A stretch of DNA of 64,000 nucleotides from Ascidiella aspersa. Lineage: Eukaryota. Every line of letters starts with the position of its first letter. The stretch's first letter is position 1. The stretch covers positions 18,104,001-18,168,000 of the forward strand of contig OZ004613.1 in the NCBI GenBank assembly GCA_963924565.1, written 5' to 3'. The position numbers and the translations under genes were made by a program. A model generated the notes under the pieces. It was not told the DNA's origin and ran no database searches. It saw only the letters and a program-made list of their open reading frames with translations. Positions 27,001 to 42,000 of this stretch are shown piece after piece.

Positions 27001-30000
27001 TCATCAACTGGCCGTGGTTCTACAAAAACACTGTCAGCTAACATCCTGTATAAGGATGTTTGCATTCTTCGCAACAAACCAGCGCAGCTCTACAAAAATA
27101 ATCCAGCGCAAGCTAGAATGCAAAAAACATTGCCAGATAATTTCACTGAAGATGGACAGAAGGCTGAAGACAAGTTTGCTAAAGACAGCACGGACTCGCG
27201 GGGATGCCTGACCACAGAAGTCACTAGAAGCCCAACAACTTGATAGCAGAAGAAACACTATACCATTTGCAATGCAAACCTATGTTTACGAGAGGTGACA
27301 GTTTGTCTAATACTGATTGGGAAGGAAAAACGAAGAGAGGAAGAGATGACAGAGAAGTATTAATGAGGAGCGAGAGGCAGTTTTCAGTGAATTCTGCGAA
27401 TGGTTTGACTGAGAAATAGAGAGGGGGTAATGGACACGGGCTGAGTCCTTCAAAAGCTGCAGGCGTTTTGGCTAAAGATAAAACTAGGGCATATGTACTC
27501 TGCCTCAAAGATAACACCGACAAGATTATGGGACAGCATCTTGCTAATCTTGGCATTGAGATGACAAGACGGCACTGAAGTTCATATGCAATGATATTGC
27601 CTTGATTGATGGCCTGTCGACGTCGGCCAGGAGTTTTGCCACACCAAATGGGGATTACCATACAACTTTATCATAGATTTGGGTCAAAATGGATGCTCAA
27701 CATGTTCCACCGGCTGGGGTACCCTGTGTCTTACATGGATACAAAACTACAAACATTGCTTTCTTCTTAATAATAGGAGTGGAGATTATTTTCCATATTC
27801 TTCTGGAACTCATGATACCATTGTGGAGGAAACTGATAATAAGAGCAATGATGAGTTTGCGATTGATGGTGTGCTTGATGATCAATCAGTAATGACAGCC
27901 GAAGTGCCAGCCAGTGAAATTGAATTGTCATGTAATGAACCGGTGGTCTTTCTGGTTGTTGGGGAAACAAACAATGCAGTCTCTCAGTTTATTGGAGACA
28001 GTATAGATTTAAACATTGTCTCTATTCATGGAAACACTCCCTTTCACTCAATGGGTTTGATCAAAGTAACCTCTCTGGCACCACCTTTGCCAGATCAACA
28101 GACAACAGCAGTTTTCCCGCGGGTAAAGTTGAAGACATTCGAAATAGCTAAGATCCCGAGAGTAGCTGAAGTAAAGATTATTCCATTTATGAACGGGAAA
28201 CAGATAGAAACAAACGCGATCATGTTTTCCCCCATCGCCGAGCTTTCATCCTCCTTGGTGCATGATCAGCCACTCCTTACTCCAAGTGACACACTGTGGA
28301 CAGCGGGGTGGGTTATCAAAGCCAAAAAGCAAATGGTCCTGAGTTTCCACAGTCCAACTAAAATGGCTGGATGAAGAGAATCCATGCTAATAATGCAAAA
28401 CAGCGCACACAGATCGAGTTCCTTCCAGTTATTGAAGGAGACCCTAATGACCTTAACACCATCTTCACCAATCTAAACGAGTTCATAGGAAACGATGGGG
28501 TCGCTATAGTTGCCCTTTAGATTTGGCTAAAGGCTGTGAATATAATCAAACAGGCAATTCTTCCCGTCATTCCAAGGTTGGATGGTTTTCACCTACTGAA
28601 ATCTTATCTTGGATCAATTGGTAACATCATGTAAGATTCTGGGCTACTAGATGTGATCCGGTTGATCCATCCTGGAAACACGACAATCAACCACATCCTG
28701 GATGGAGGATGTTTTGACAAGAAAATCCGTGCTCACCTCCTCATCGATGCAACCATCTATCAACACATCATGAAACTTGCCTTCACTGAGGATGAGCGTG
28801 GTGACACAAGTCCTTCATGGATAAGGTGGATGATGGAAAATGTGAGCGAGACACTCAGAGCCAGTAGTGCGAGTGTTTAAGAAAAGGTTTAAGGAAATAT
28901 TCGAACGACTCGCAAAAGGAGGAAGAACGCCTGCACTCTGAGTGAAGTTCCACTATATGGTAGATGTGTTCAAGGTCTTTATTATAACCAAGCGACTTGC
29001 AGACACAATGGGTATCTGTCCTGTATTGTTACCAAGATGCTTCACATCTTTGCCGCTGCAGGCCATCTTCAGTATGCCAAGGGCGCACGGCTGTACCGCA
29101 AACTCATGAACTAACTAGAAACTATGCCTGCTTAAAAAGACACCTTACAAGTTACAACGTATTACTGTCCACGGGAACCACGTTGTCCGTTACCCAACCC
29201 TTGAGTGGTCCGGCACATGGTGTGATATTTGCATTGAGTAGACTTTAATGAAGGCAGCCAAGTCACAAGGTGGACTACTGAGCAGAGGAAAAATGAGAAA
29301 CAACTCTCTCAGCCACCTGTCTGATGTCAACCGGTGGATGGAGCCTAAAATGGTTAATGGTTTAAGGAGATGAAGCCATTCTACAACGATAGAGACAAGG
29401 AGTTTCTCATGCCTTTCTCAACAGGATACACAAGCACTTGTGATGACGCAGTCAATGCAAAGAGAGCAGCTGAAGTTAAGATGGCGATGCAGATCAAGCT
29501 GGATGGAAAGTCATTAACGTCAACCATGGTTGTCAAGTCAAAGGTGAAAGCCCTGTCATCACTAAGAAAATGTCCCTCGGTCAACGACAAAAATATTTAA
29601 CTTGACACATTAAAGTTGTTCAACCGAAAGATGAACAAGGCTAAACATGTCTCTTAACCCCAGCGACTATGGATGGACAATAGGTGTTGTGCATGGATAT
29701 GAGCCAGCTCCAACACTGAACCCAATGGCTCCTGAAAGGCTATTGTAGTTCACGAGCTGTAATTGCCATGGCCACGTACAACCGGCGATGCAGCTGAAAG
29801 AAAAATGGGGTCACGTGCATCTCGGCCTGTGATGTCTGTATTACATGCAAAAATGGCAGTTATGATGTTGAGTCTGAAGAAAGCATAGACAATGACTGTT
29901 GAAACTTCTGACATTCTAAATGAGAAATAAGTTATAAAAAATTTTCCACAAAAGCGAGTCTGTGGTAAAATATTAATGTCAACAATCAATTGAGAATCAT

Positions 30001-33000
30001 AAAAAAAACATTATTTAACCCCTCCTAAGATACTTAAGGGCGAGTAATTTTTTTTTTTTTATGGGTTGCTAACAAGACTTAAACTTCTACATTTTAACAA
30101 CACATGACACATATTTGCAAACATATTGGTGAAGAAATTTATTGGTAACAATTTAGTTAACAATTGTTTGTATTTCCCCCTTAATGATAGGGTGCTTTGA
30201 AGCAAGCACTAGCTAAAAGAGTGTTATAGCGCCATTGAGTTACGGCAAAACAAGTGCGCAATCATATCTATGACAGAAGGTTTAAAACCCAAACCTGTAA
30301 GAATAAAACCAAAACCTGTCAGATCAAGGCAGTTAGGTCCTATTTACATGTATAGGTCTTTTTACGACTTCGTTAGTCTAATTTTGGCCCTAATCCTAAT
30401 TTACTTTCATTGTATTACTGTTAGTCCAATTTCGGGTAAGTTGCTGGAGTGCAGTGTGATAATATAAACATCTAAAAATAACGTGCCACTGTTCGACTAC
30501 AAATTGAATCATAACGATCCCAAGCTGTAGTACAAATGTGATTCATCAGAAGAGTAAAAACAAATAAAAACACGAAATAAAGGCGATAAGATGTAGCCAA
30601 CCTCAAATTTATGCACGCAACGTTTATTAATAAGAACAATAAGTTTTCGTAGCTGCGCAAAACTTGTCAATACGAACGTAGCTGCGCAAAGCTGGGGGAG
30701 ATCTGGTTATCGACCGAACTCGGGTGCAAGTATGCACCTAAAATAAATTGTAATCCACCAGGCAAAATGCAATTATTTGGTTTACTTTTTTTTTAAATAT
30801 TCGCATATTGCTTGGTATAATGATATTCATTGCCATTCTAGATTATATGATTTCACCCGATTCAACATATTCCATACAGTGCAAGACGCTTTTGTGTTTA
30901 AAATATTTTCTTAAGACGCAAAAATGGACTAAAATAATGGACGGCATGGCCTGGTGCAATCCCCCCACGATTATATTACAGCGTGTATAACAAGTATGCT
31001 GCCCCATTTATGCCAATGTTAGTGATTCACTTGGATCGATAAAAGTGTTATTCCAACCCACTTTTAAAAGTTGCCTTTCTTTGGAATTTTAATAATAAAC
31101 CTTTAAAACAGTCTTCTGGAATAATTTTGAATTTCCAAACGCTCCTGAATAGGTCGGAACGTATTTTGTTGATGTCGTTAGGTCAGCCTTTAGTAGCTCG
31201 TAATTAATACAACATGAGCCGGCTGGAATGCCAGTTTGTCAATATCTTTTAACTTCCGCGGTTTATGCTTGCTTTGTGTTAATGTTAGGACAGCTATATT
31301 TGGATTGGCTTTGCTGCGTGTAGGCTACTTGGTCTGGCCTGTTGGGCACTTCTTCAAAGTGCTCAGACCAGCAAGGGCACGTAAAGATGGTAATATTTTT
31401 AAAAGTATGGATTGGGCATTGATACCATAAAGTCGCTTTGTGATTTGAAGTGTTGTAGCCCTACTGACGTACGTCAATTGCACGTAAGTCAATGTTTTCC
31501 AATGATTTGACTTGAATTAGGCTAGTCTTTTGGCAAAATGATTTGACTTGGACCTAAGTCATTATGTCAAAAAAATGGATTAAAATAAGGGTTTTTATTG
31601 AATATTGTTTAATAATTTGGGATATTTATCGTTTAAATAATTTGGGATATTAATTTTCAGCACGTAAAACAATTCGCTTGCTTGTGTTGCGATTTTTTCA
31701 CTTCCGATATTGCTCTTACTTGGACGAGTTTACCAATTTTAATAGTGCAACGTTCTATTTTTATGTCAGTGGCTTAACTTATTATCTTTAGCAAAATACT
31801 TGACTTGAATTGGGTTATTTTTTAAATGACTTGACTGAGACTTACGTCATTTCAAAATGACGTGTTTACAAGAATGCTCCAAGTGTTTTAGCATTCCTTG
31901 TTTAGCAGCCATTCATTTGCTAATATACCTACCTTGGGTCGTCACGAGTATTTTTCTGTACCTATAGTAGGTTTTCTGGACATATGCATTCGACATTTTG
32001 TTTCGGATTCGTTAATACAGGGTGCTAACGGCTAAGCTTTTTTGTTTTTAATTCTTAAGCTTGGCCAGTACCATCTTGAAAGGACAGACTCTTTCCTATT
32101 ACGAACAAGACGGTACCCGTTTAGGAAGTCCGTCACTCCAACTTTGCAGTCCTGAGTATAAGTTGAGAAAATTGACCATCCATGACACAATACTTGTTTG
32201 AAATGTGCGCACAATTAGTGTCTCATTGTGCGAAAAGTTCCAACCCCTGTCCGCCTTTTAACGATTAGGGTTTGCATTGGGGCCAATGTTATGTCGAAAT
32301 ACAATAGTGTTTGTTTTAAAGCAAATATATTTTTTGGAAAATAATTCAACAGGGTCAATCCAGAGATTTTGTACTGAAAACTACGATTGAAGGATTACAG
32401 GATCACATAGCATCACAGGTAGTAAACAAATTGCTAGTTTAGCACGATTTCGCAAAGTTAATCATCTTATTATTACCTTTTTCTAGACTGATTACAAGTT
32501 TTCTTGGTACAAGTTAGTAAATGAAATTATTCATCAATATGAAGTGCCGCGTCAACAAAAAGTGGTGACTAAAGCTGCAGTGTATTTGGAGAGATTGACC
32601 AAACTTTTGAAGAATACGCCAAACAGGTGGTGCAAACAGTGCTGATCGCATATCTTGTTTAGTCGAAGTGAACGTTGACACCCGCACTATTTGACTGAAC
32701 ATTCAACCAAATCAATAATATGTTTGAATTACCTATAATGCAGAAAATCGTCGTCTTGAAACTTATATCAAATGGTTAAAACAACTCTAATTCGTCAAAC
32801 TCATAGAGATTTAGGAGCTAATCTCAGAAATTCGAAAATAACATCGCCGTCTACCAAATGTATTAACTAAATAAGGTTTGCATTAGTGGGGTTATCTAAA
32901 CATTCTCAAACTGTGTGCCGCAAATCATTATGGGGGAAAAATCGAAATACAAATAGACATATACAGGTATAAGCATGTAAGACTTTATTAGCACACACTT

Positions 33001-36000
33001 TTCATATAACATATAATATTATGGTATTTGCATATTGCCTTGTAAAAGGCATTAAAATTAGCAGAATTTTGTTTTTAATGCAACGTAATGTAAAAAGTGT
33101 GCCGCGAGTTTTTTAGTTTTGTGACATGCTGAACATGTTACACAGGATTAAATTCAATAGTGTGATCAATAACCAGCAAAAGTGTTCAGCATGTTTGGTT
33201 ATGATTACAATTTTTCTGGTACTAAATAAACGATATTTCCATGATTTATTAGGTTCGGATGAAAGGAGTTTGAAAAGAACGCCATGGTACTTATGTTATG
33301 CTTTTGCCTGGGTAAATAGAAGGCGCATTAGTGCGTGGAATATTTTGCCACTTTAACCTAAAAAACGATAAAGCATATACAGCTTTTTAACATTTTACAC
33401 GATTTTTATGACACTATATTAGCTAGCGCCCGGATTTTGTCAAAACGCAATTTCAAGCCAAATTAATCCGGATAATGCGTTTTTGCGCGAATTGATAACA
33501 TCTTAGTAACCTGTCCATTGCATCATGATTAGCACCTCTTAGGCCAAACACTTACATAATCACGACTGGAGATGTCTGACACTTGACATTTTAAATCGAT
33601 ACCGATACAAGATATTTTAGACACTATGCCCAAACAAACAAAATAGATTAAATTAAAACATCCAAAGACCATTTTATGCTACTATGCCAAAATTCGCTTT
33701 AGAGTAAAGAAGTTTAGGCCTAATTACGATATAGTTAACCTAGTATTTTTTGATTAATTCACCTTAAAATTTTTTTGGTGTTGGGTTGCAAATTATGGCT
33801 AACACACCTATATTCATTTTGTACCGGATCAGGACCGATACCAACCTAGTATCGGACGAATGCCTATACTACTACATTTATAGGGTCAATAGCTTTCAAA
33901 ATTTGTAAAACATCTTTATAAATGTACTTATATCAACCAATGTTAGAGAATATTTTTTTCTAGTCTCCACCAGACAACAATCCCTCATCCTAGGGGCGTA
34001 TCCAGAAATCCAAAAAGGTTGGCCGAATTTTTAACTAAAGGAATTCCCCTATTTTCCGTCTGAGGATAATTATAATTATAATTAATTAATAATGCTTTCA
34101 TAAAATAGTGGCGGCTAGGACGTTATAAGTAAGCATGCGTCGTCAGCACTCAAATATATTATATACTAAGTGTACGACCGTTAACTTTAGTTGAAAACCT
34201 TAACGAAGACCGTGAACTCGTAAAGTTTGTGTGATTGGTTTTGTTACATTTGTAATTCCACTATTAGTAGCGCAGTTTTCTAAGTTTCATGCATGGTACT
34301 ATGCTAAATTAAAGCACACCTATTGCTCCACCTGCAAAAAAACGAAGATATATACATAGGCCTATATATTTAAGATATGATTTTATCACGCTACGATTAT
34401 CGCAACATCTTCTAGGCAGCTGGTCCGTTTCATGGGCCCATTCATGGGCGAGGGAAAATAATTACGTCAATGCCGTAACAGCAACCTGGTAACAGAATAT
34501 GGCTATATAAGTGATTTTGCTTACCTATCTTTACATAAAAATGGAAACTTCGAAACCCGCACGATCGTCGCAGTTAGACCAGTTTTTAAGAGAATCTGCT
34601 CCACTTAAAGATAACTTTGTTACACAAACACTGGACATTAGCCCAGACAGAAAACAGCCTGTAACTTTGTTAAATGCGACGTTTTAGCGACAAAAAATAA
34701 GGCTTGATTTATTTTTGTCCATTGTGCACTGTCCTTTTTTATTCTGTGTACAGTGTACATCAACTCATTTTTTATTGCAAAATTCTTTCTGCGTAGCCTA
34801 CGAAAAAAACCTATTCTATTAGCAAACCTGAACGTGTAGAATGGATAAAGGCGAAAATCTCCTGCGACAAATGGTAGAGCCAGGTACAAACAAAAGACGA
34901 TTAGACCAGTACTCACTAGAGCAGGGGCGGGCAACATACGGCCCGCAGACAGCTTCCAGTATTACAGGATAATGTGGCCCGCGGCAACAGTCTGCCACAA
35001 TCCCTCACTACTTGCTTACTACGTCAAATAATGCTGATTCTTATTTATTCTTTGGTTCTTTGTCTTGGGTTAAAATTATAGGAATCCAGCCATAAGATCG
35101 TCGTAGTACAGTCTAACTCAGAATAAGTCATAAACCCGTCGGAATAAGACCTAAATGGCCACAATCAGACCTATAAAACATTTTAGCTAATCCAAATCCC
35201 ATCCCTAAGTACATCGCTAAGCCATCAAATAATTTTAACCCTAACCCATTTTCTAACCCCACTCATTACCTATCAATAACCCTAAAGAGGGCCAGAAAAC
35301 CAGGTGCCAAAACAGCGGCGCCATAACGGCGCCCTTTAAAGTAAGGCGCCCGAAATTCGACACAAAACGGCCGATGCCATTATACCTATAGCCCCCATCG
35401 TCCCATACCCTCTCCCTACAGTTTCAGGCGTTATTTAGGCCTTATTTTGAAGAATTTAGGACTTATTCCGACAGATTTATGTCTTATTTAGGCGATGTAG
35501 TTCTTATTCTGTCGAAGATATTACTGCGTGTTTGGCTTTATTATGTCGTTGGTGTTAATACTATGCTTTTATTGATTTTTCTGCTTTTAGGTATTGGTCC
35601 TTTTTAGATCTTATCGTGTGCTCCCAAATTAGATTTAGAACTTACAATCAATATTTCCCTTGGATTTTGCCAAGAAACGTAAAGTTGCAAATTTAACAAG
35701 GATTGGATGCCGAAGTACTTATTCACTCAAATTGGCAAGAAAGCAGTATGTTTGCTGTGCAATGAAAGTGTTGCCGTGTTTAAAGAGTACAACATAAGCC
35801 GCCATTATGCGACAAAACATGTAGGCTATGACAGTACAATTAATATATCGATTAGGAATCCGGCCAAGTACTTTATTTTCCCATATCAGGCCTGCTGACT
35901 GGAGAAGTTGCCCGCCCCTGCACTAGAGGATGTACTATCGCCGACCTTTCGCCCCGCCAAGGTTTTTGTCCCATCATTTAGGACGGTCATTAAAGGTTAA

Positions 36001-39000
36001 TACCTTAGACCAGGGGTTCTTAAATTGTTTTTTTTATCGGCGTACCTTTTTGACTTATCTGCATATATTGCGTAGGCCTACCCAAATAATGGTGAAATAA
36101 AAGGACAAAACACGGGTATTTAGGGCTGGAAGATTTAACTATGGTCTATTTACCACGTGTAGCATTTTTCTAAAATAACGTTGCTTACAATTACATTATT
36201 AGCACGCTGGGCTGTAAATTCGTCAGCGGATCCAGGATTGTTTAGGGAAAAGCGGCATAAAAAAACAGATATGACATCACAAGGTTACATCTAAAGGTGA
36301 CTTCATAAACGCTGCATTGCAAGGATACTATCGATTTATGCAAAGCAAAATAAACGCCCTTATATAGTTAAAGTGACAAAAGTTTAATTTTCGAGGAAGC
36401 GATGAGATAAACGAGGAAGCGATGAGATTTGACCCAAATGATTTAAGAAAAAAATGTGCTAAACTACAATTATACGTAATATTCTTGCGCAGCGCGAAAC
36501 AATTGCAATTACTTTTTGCAATACAGTTGGAAAATGGTATGGCATTAGCTCTAGTTTTTAAGATATCAGTGAACTTAAATCATCTTGGAACCTTTTAAAT
36601 TTGAAGCTGTTGCATTTTATCTTAAGGAACAGGCTATATTAAATGTTGTAGTAAGTCCATCTGCACTAAAACAACAAGAAAAAGCAAAAGGTAAAGACAC
36701 AATAAGATTAGCTAAATGAAGAAGTGCTGCATAGATCTATTATTGTCCATATACCGGTATTCAACACTATAGTTGTTATTTATATTCAACACTCTAGTTT
36801 ACTCAAATTAGCTTGAAGTCATCTGCAGAAAAGCCATCTTGTAGACTTTCGCCTGTAGTATTGTTATGGGCAGCTTTGTATTAGGCACCAGCAGTAACAT
36901 GTCATCTTTTCAGTATCCCATCTAACTTGATATCTCTCTTTTCCATTAATTTGATATTTTTGTGAAACCTTCCTCCTTGTTTCTCACTCATACTTCCAAG
37001 GAATTTATGGCAGACGATCCAAGTGCCTGATTAGATAGTAAACTTTTACGTTCATCATGATCAAATAGCTTGAAAGTTTGTAAGCATCACTTCTACAAGA
37101 TCCATAAAGTTGCTAGCTTTTGTGTTTCCAAGAAACTATTTTATAACTGCAACGAAAAAGTGCCAGGCTGACTTTTCAGCGTCAGTCATGTGATGTAAAA
37201 ACGTGATCTTTAATTAATTTTCGTATTTGTGGTCAATCAAAAATTCCTGCTTTTAACTTTTTAATACTAAGCCTAGGACGAGTAATTAAAAATAGCATCA
37301 TCTTTATTAAGGCCTTGACAAACCGTTTCATCAAACCAAATTTGATGTGCAATGGGGGTAAAATGATGTGATCACGACTGACCGAAGGTTCATTTACAAT
37401 GTGTTTTTTTCTCCGTCAACAAGGTACTCACGTACGGGCAGTTGCTTTTTAATCCATTATTGATCAGTGGCCAGACTTTCCCAGTAACAAATAAAGCGGA
37501 ATACTTGGTGAAGCCGCCTTGTTTTTCCTAAGAGAAAGTCGACCATTTTTAAATCAACGCACATCTTCCAGTTATACTCAGTATAAAAAAAATTCTTCAG
37601 GACAATGTTAACACTTCGGTAGTGTTCCTTCAAAACGACTGAGTGACCAGTTGAATTGGAACACAGGCAAACTTATTTCCATTGTGGAGTAGCACACTTT
37701 TCAAACTTTTTTGGAGGTGTAAATTAATAACCTCCGTTCTTCTGGTTTATTGAATTAACATTTCTTCTCTCTCCCCAAAAAACGTTGTTTGTTGCCGAAT
37801 CAAGAATGTTAAGATCACGGAGGCGAGAAGCCAGAACTTTAAACCTATGTTGCTCACTTTAACCTATGTTTCTCACTAGCATACATTTTTTCATGGTATA
37901 TGTAGGAAGAAGCAATATCGCAAAAACTAAAGCCAGCTCAACAAAAGTAATGGCATTTTCAGACTTAGCAACCCTGATATACCCCTAAATAGATTTAACA
38001 TATAATGCCTTTAAAAAAATTGTTGGCCTTTGAATCAACGTAAAAGAAAAAAATAATTTTACGTGTATATTCTAAATAAAAGTTAGGCTGCATGTCAAAT
38101 GTTTTTTATAGTGCATATTTGCAAACGTCGGTTTTAGTTGTGCTGCTCAGACTCTGGTTTCGGAACAATTTGGGATGTAGCGTAGTGCAAAACTCAGAAA
38201 GCGCATAAAGGGACACAAAGTGACATAAGGCACGAACATATGGAAAAACCTGTTGGCGAACATTTCAACAAAGAATTAAACAGCATAAAAGGACTTCGAA
38301 TTTTGGTAATCCAAAAAGTACGGAACGTAACGGAACCAAAGGGAGGCTCACAGTCGAACAAAGCATAATTAAAAAGTTTGACGCAATTAATGTACGGCTT
38401 AATCGGGATTTAGGTTTTATGTCGCGTTACGCCCCCATAGAACGCTTTGCTACATGCAGCGTATTTTATAGCGCTGAACTTCAGTTATTATGGTTTATGG
38501 GTCAGTCACATACGTCTTAGCGAGCATATGCCTGTGGACATATTAGACTTCATTATTCTTATCGCTTTTTACTCGTGCTTGTGTTCTACTTGTGAATTTT
38601 TATTGATTAAATTTCTTCTTTGACCTTATGAAGCACAGTGCGAAAGTTTGCCGAAAATCAATACAATTTGTCTTTATATAGTACCACCTGTTTACCCTAT
38701 TAACAATTAGGCAAATACGGCCATTTACAAAGATTTAAATAATGTGCCTAAGAAACAAACCTTTTTGTTGATTTAGAAATGATTACCTATATCGGTTATT
38801 TATTTAATGACTTTTTTTGTAAAGTACAAAATATTTTTCGGGACGGGACAACCAGAAACATATACCGTTGTTTAAACTGTGTGTAGATTTTCTCTATTTT
38901 ACGTACATGCCTGTTAGCGGGTAAGAAAATTGTTTAAATTGGTGGCACCAGGGCCATAAAATTGCCGATGTCCACTATAAAATATTAGGACGGACTTCTT

Positions 39001-42000
39001 TACGTCCCTGGTCAAACCTCGTTAGTTTATTATAGCAAAAGGAAATAAGCTAAAAACTCACATAAGAAATTATTCCATACAGAACAAAGCAAAATTATAT
39101 GATTTGGCGAATAGTGAAAAACCGCTTGCCGAATTTGTCAAAAAGATACTTCGACCGACTTCGAAAGTTTAAGGTAAGAAAAATATGGCCCAGATAGTTT
39201 TTACATGATAAATACAAACAATAGCCTAAACTAAAAAAATATATTTTATGCAGGCTGCCACAAACAGAATTACGTGGGATGAAAGGTGGGAATACTGTGT
39301 TGATTTTGTAGACAAGGTTATGCCAGGTCCAACAGGAAATTTATTCACAAAAAAATATTTTGCTAAAAACAAGAAAAAATCGGTAAGCATTAGGCCTACG
39401 TTTAAGGGACTTGTTTTTTTTTGCAATCAGGGGCGGATCGAGAATTTTTTTGGAGCACGCTTTTTTATAGGTGACGCCACAAAGTCAAAACGTGATGTCA
39501 TACAACAAATAACAGAAATCTGCTGTTGTTGGTCGAACTCGTGCCAAATCGACGTCTGAAATCTATAGTCTAATTCCAATACAAAGAGATTGTGGCATAG
39601 CACAAAAAATGCCGTTACTTTGATTAAATTGATAAATTTTGTTACGCATTTAGGACATAAAATAGTTTGCTCGATATGACAATTTATAAATAAGATTTTG
39701 GAGAGCAAATTTTATCGGTCATTGCAACGACTGTTGTTCAAAGTTGTTGCTTACGGACGTTATGGATTCTTAATTTTTTTAAATGGAAAAACATCGTGCT
39801 AAGTGAGAAAAGTGCACATTGGTAAGATTTTTTTATAATTTGGTTAAACCATACCACAAAGCCAAATGTGGCATGTGCGACCTGCAACAATATCTTGGTA
39901 TTTATATAGTTAGCAGATATAAACATGGAGCCAACGTCTCGTCCTTCAGTCCCTTTATCCGCCCCTGTTTGTATGATTAAATAATTGCTTGTAAATAGTA
40001 AAGCATGACGTTACAGGTTCGCGATATTTTTGATCGAATAAAGACTGCATTTACATGGAACCTTGTCAACAAAGTCCATTGGATTGACAATTCAAGCAAG
40101 CATATTGCAATTGAAATAATAAGAGATATTGCTCCTAATATCGGATATGCGGAATTTTATCAAAACAAGACATATTTGGATAAAGAATTGAAACAAGTAA
40201 ATAGTTCTTCAAATTAATTTGTGGTCAATAATGGGCTACGTGTTCAGAAAATGTGGGATAAAATTCCTTGTAAAAATAAAGCTCTGGTCAAGTTCTTTGA
40301 ATAATAATTATTCAAAAGCTTTATATGGGCTTACATATCATCCATTTTTGTCATATTAAACACAAACAACGATTTATTTAGGCAAAGAAAACATAGATGT
40401 TAGCGCCACTGTCGTAAATACAAAATGAAGTTAAAGTCCACGTTGAAATATCCTAAAATGACATAAGATTACATGCATGATAAAAGTCGAATAACAGCTC
40501 CTGTTTCCGCATATAACAGCTAATTTATTTAGCGCTACTTCCTACCGGTTGACGTAGTTTAGGCATATCGAACAGTACAAAGCTTTGTTTTGCGGTTTGA
40601 TTTAAAGTTAGATCCTTTGGGCAAAGCATCCGTTTAATCATAGACTGTAACGCGGCCTGTTTTGGAAGTGGCTAGGTTCCTAGCTGCGTCACACGCTGCT
40701 TCTGCTTTCAAGGTTTAATACCGATCGTGATCGAAGTTTCCACGGAAAACGTAAAACCTCAAACGAATTACTTTATTTTCAGTGAAGTAATCACCAACAG
40801 TTTCAAAACCGTGACGTATAGCCCACAGTGGCAGCGCAACAAGCTGTGAAAACATAATTATCATTAGCACAACGCAACACTATGACGTCACAATGTACAA
40901 TTCAACTCCCCAAAAACGTGGAAGGAAAATAACGAAACAGTACCAAGAGTTTGGTCAACAAAACTTCAAAGTTCAAACTGGAAATAAATCACAAATTCAG
41001 TTTAACTAAGTCACTTATGTAGCAACCAAGAATTAGTAAATATGCAAAGTATCTTACCGAGTTATCGACAGTTTCAGGCATAACAGTTCACTGCATTTAC
41101 AGCCACAATTTACATATTGTACATCTGCAGTATACAAATACAGATACTTTAATAAACTTATCTTGATGGTTTACTTTTACTTAAACACCTTTAAATATAC
41201 ATTTACCAGTCAACAACAAGCAAAATAACTTTTAACGAATTCAACTGAAACAGCCTACAAAAATGACGAAACAAAATGATATAGTATCACGATGCGCAAC
41301 CATGCGTCACATGTAATATTATAACAATAGGGGAGCGTGGAGAAATTATTACACTCCCCCCAAAATTGACAAGTCGCACGGTTCACTTTCAATTTTCAAT
41401 ACACAAATTTTGACTCGCTCGCCAAATGCACCGGCCTTCGCGAACAAGTTTAATTTTGCTCGTTTGCCTGCGGTGAAGGTGCCACTGGGTCACCAGGCGC
41501 CCCTGGGCCAGAGGGAACGACGAGGGACAATTTATGAATTGGCCTTCGTAATTCGTTCCCCTTTGATCGAACTAGGACGTTTCGTACAACTCCATGCTCA
41601 TCAGGATGGACGGCGACGACTCTTTAAAGCGACCACGACGACCTCGGAGTTGTGTTGTCGACCAAGAGGACGATATCGTCAACTCTTATGTTCCTCTTCT
41701 CATGATGCCATTTCTGACGGGCAATGATGGTACGCAAATATTCGCGCGCCCAACGCTTCCAGAACTGATCTGAAAAGTATTGGACGTGTCGCCAACCTCG
41801 ACGTGCATAGCAGTCGCGGTCGTTTGTGGCGGTGGGTGGTAAGCCAGCATCAGAGCTCACTCGCAGCAAATGATTCGGAGTTAGCGGTGTCTCCTCATCA
41901 ACATCCAGCGTGACCAGCGTCAATGGACGAGAATTTAAAATCGAATCCACTTCCAAAAACAACGTCTGAAGTTGATCATCGGTCAGGGTCCGTTCGTTAG

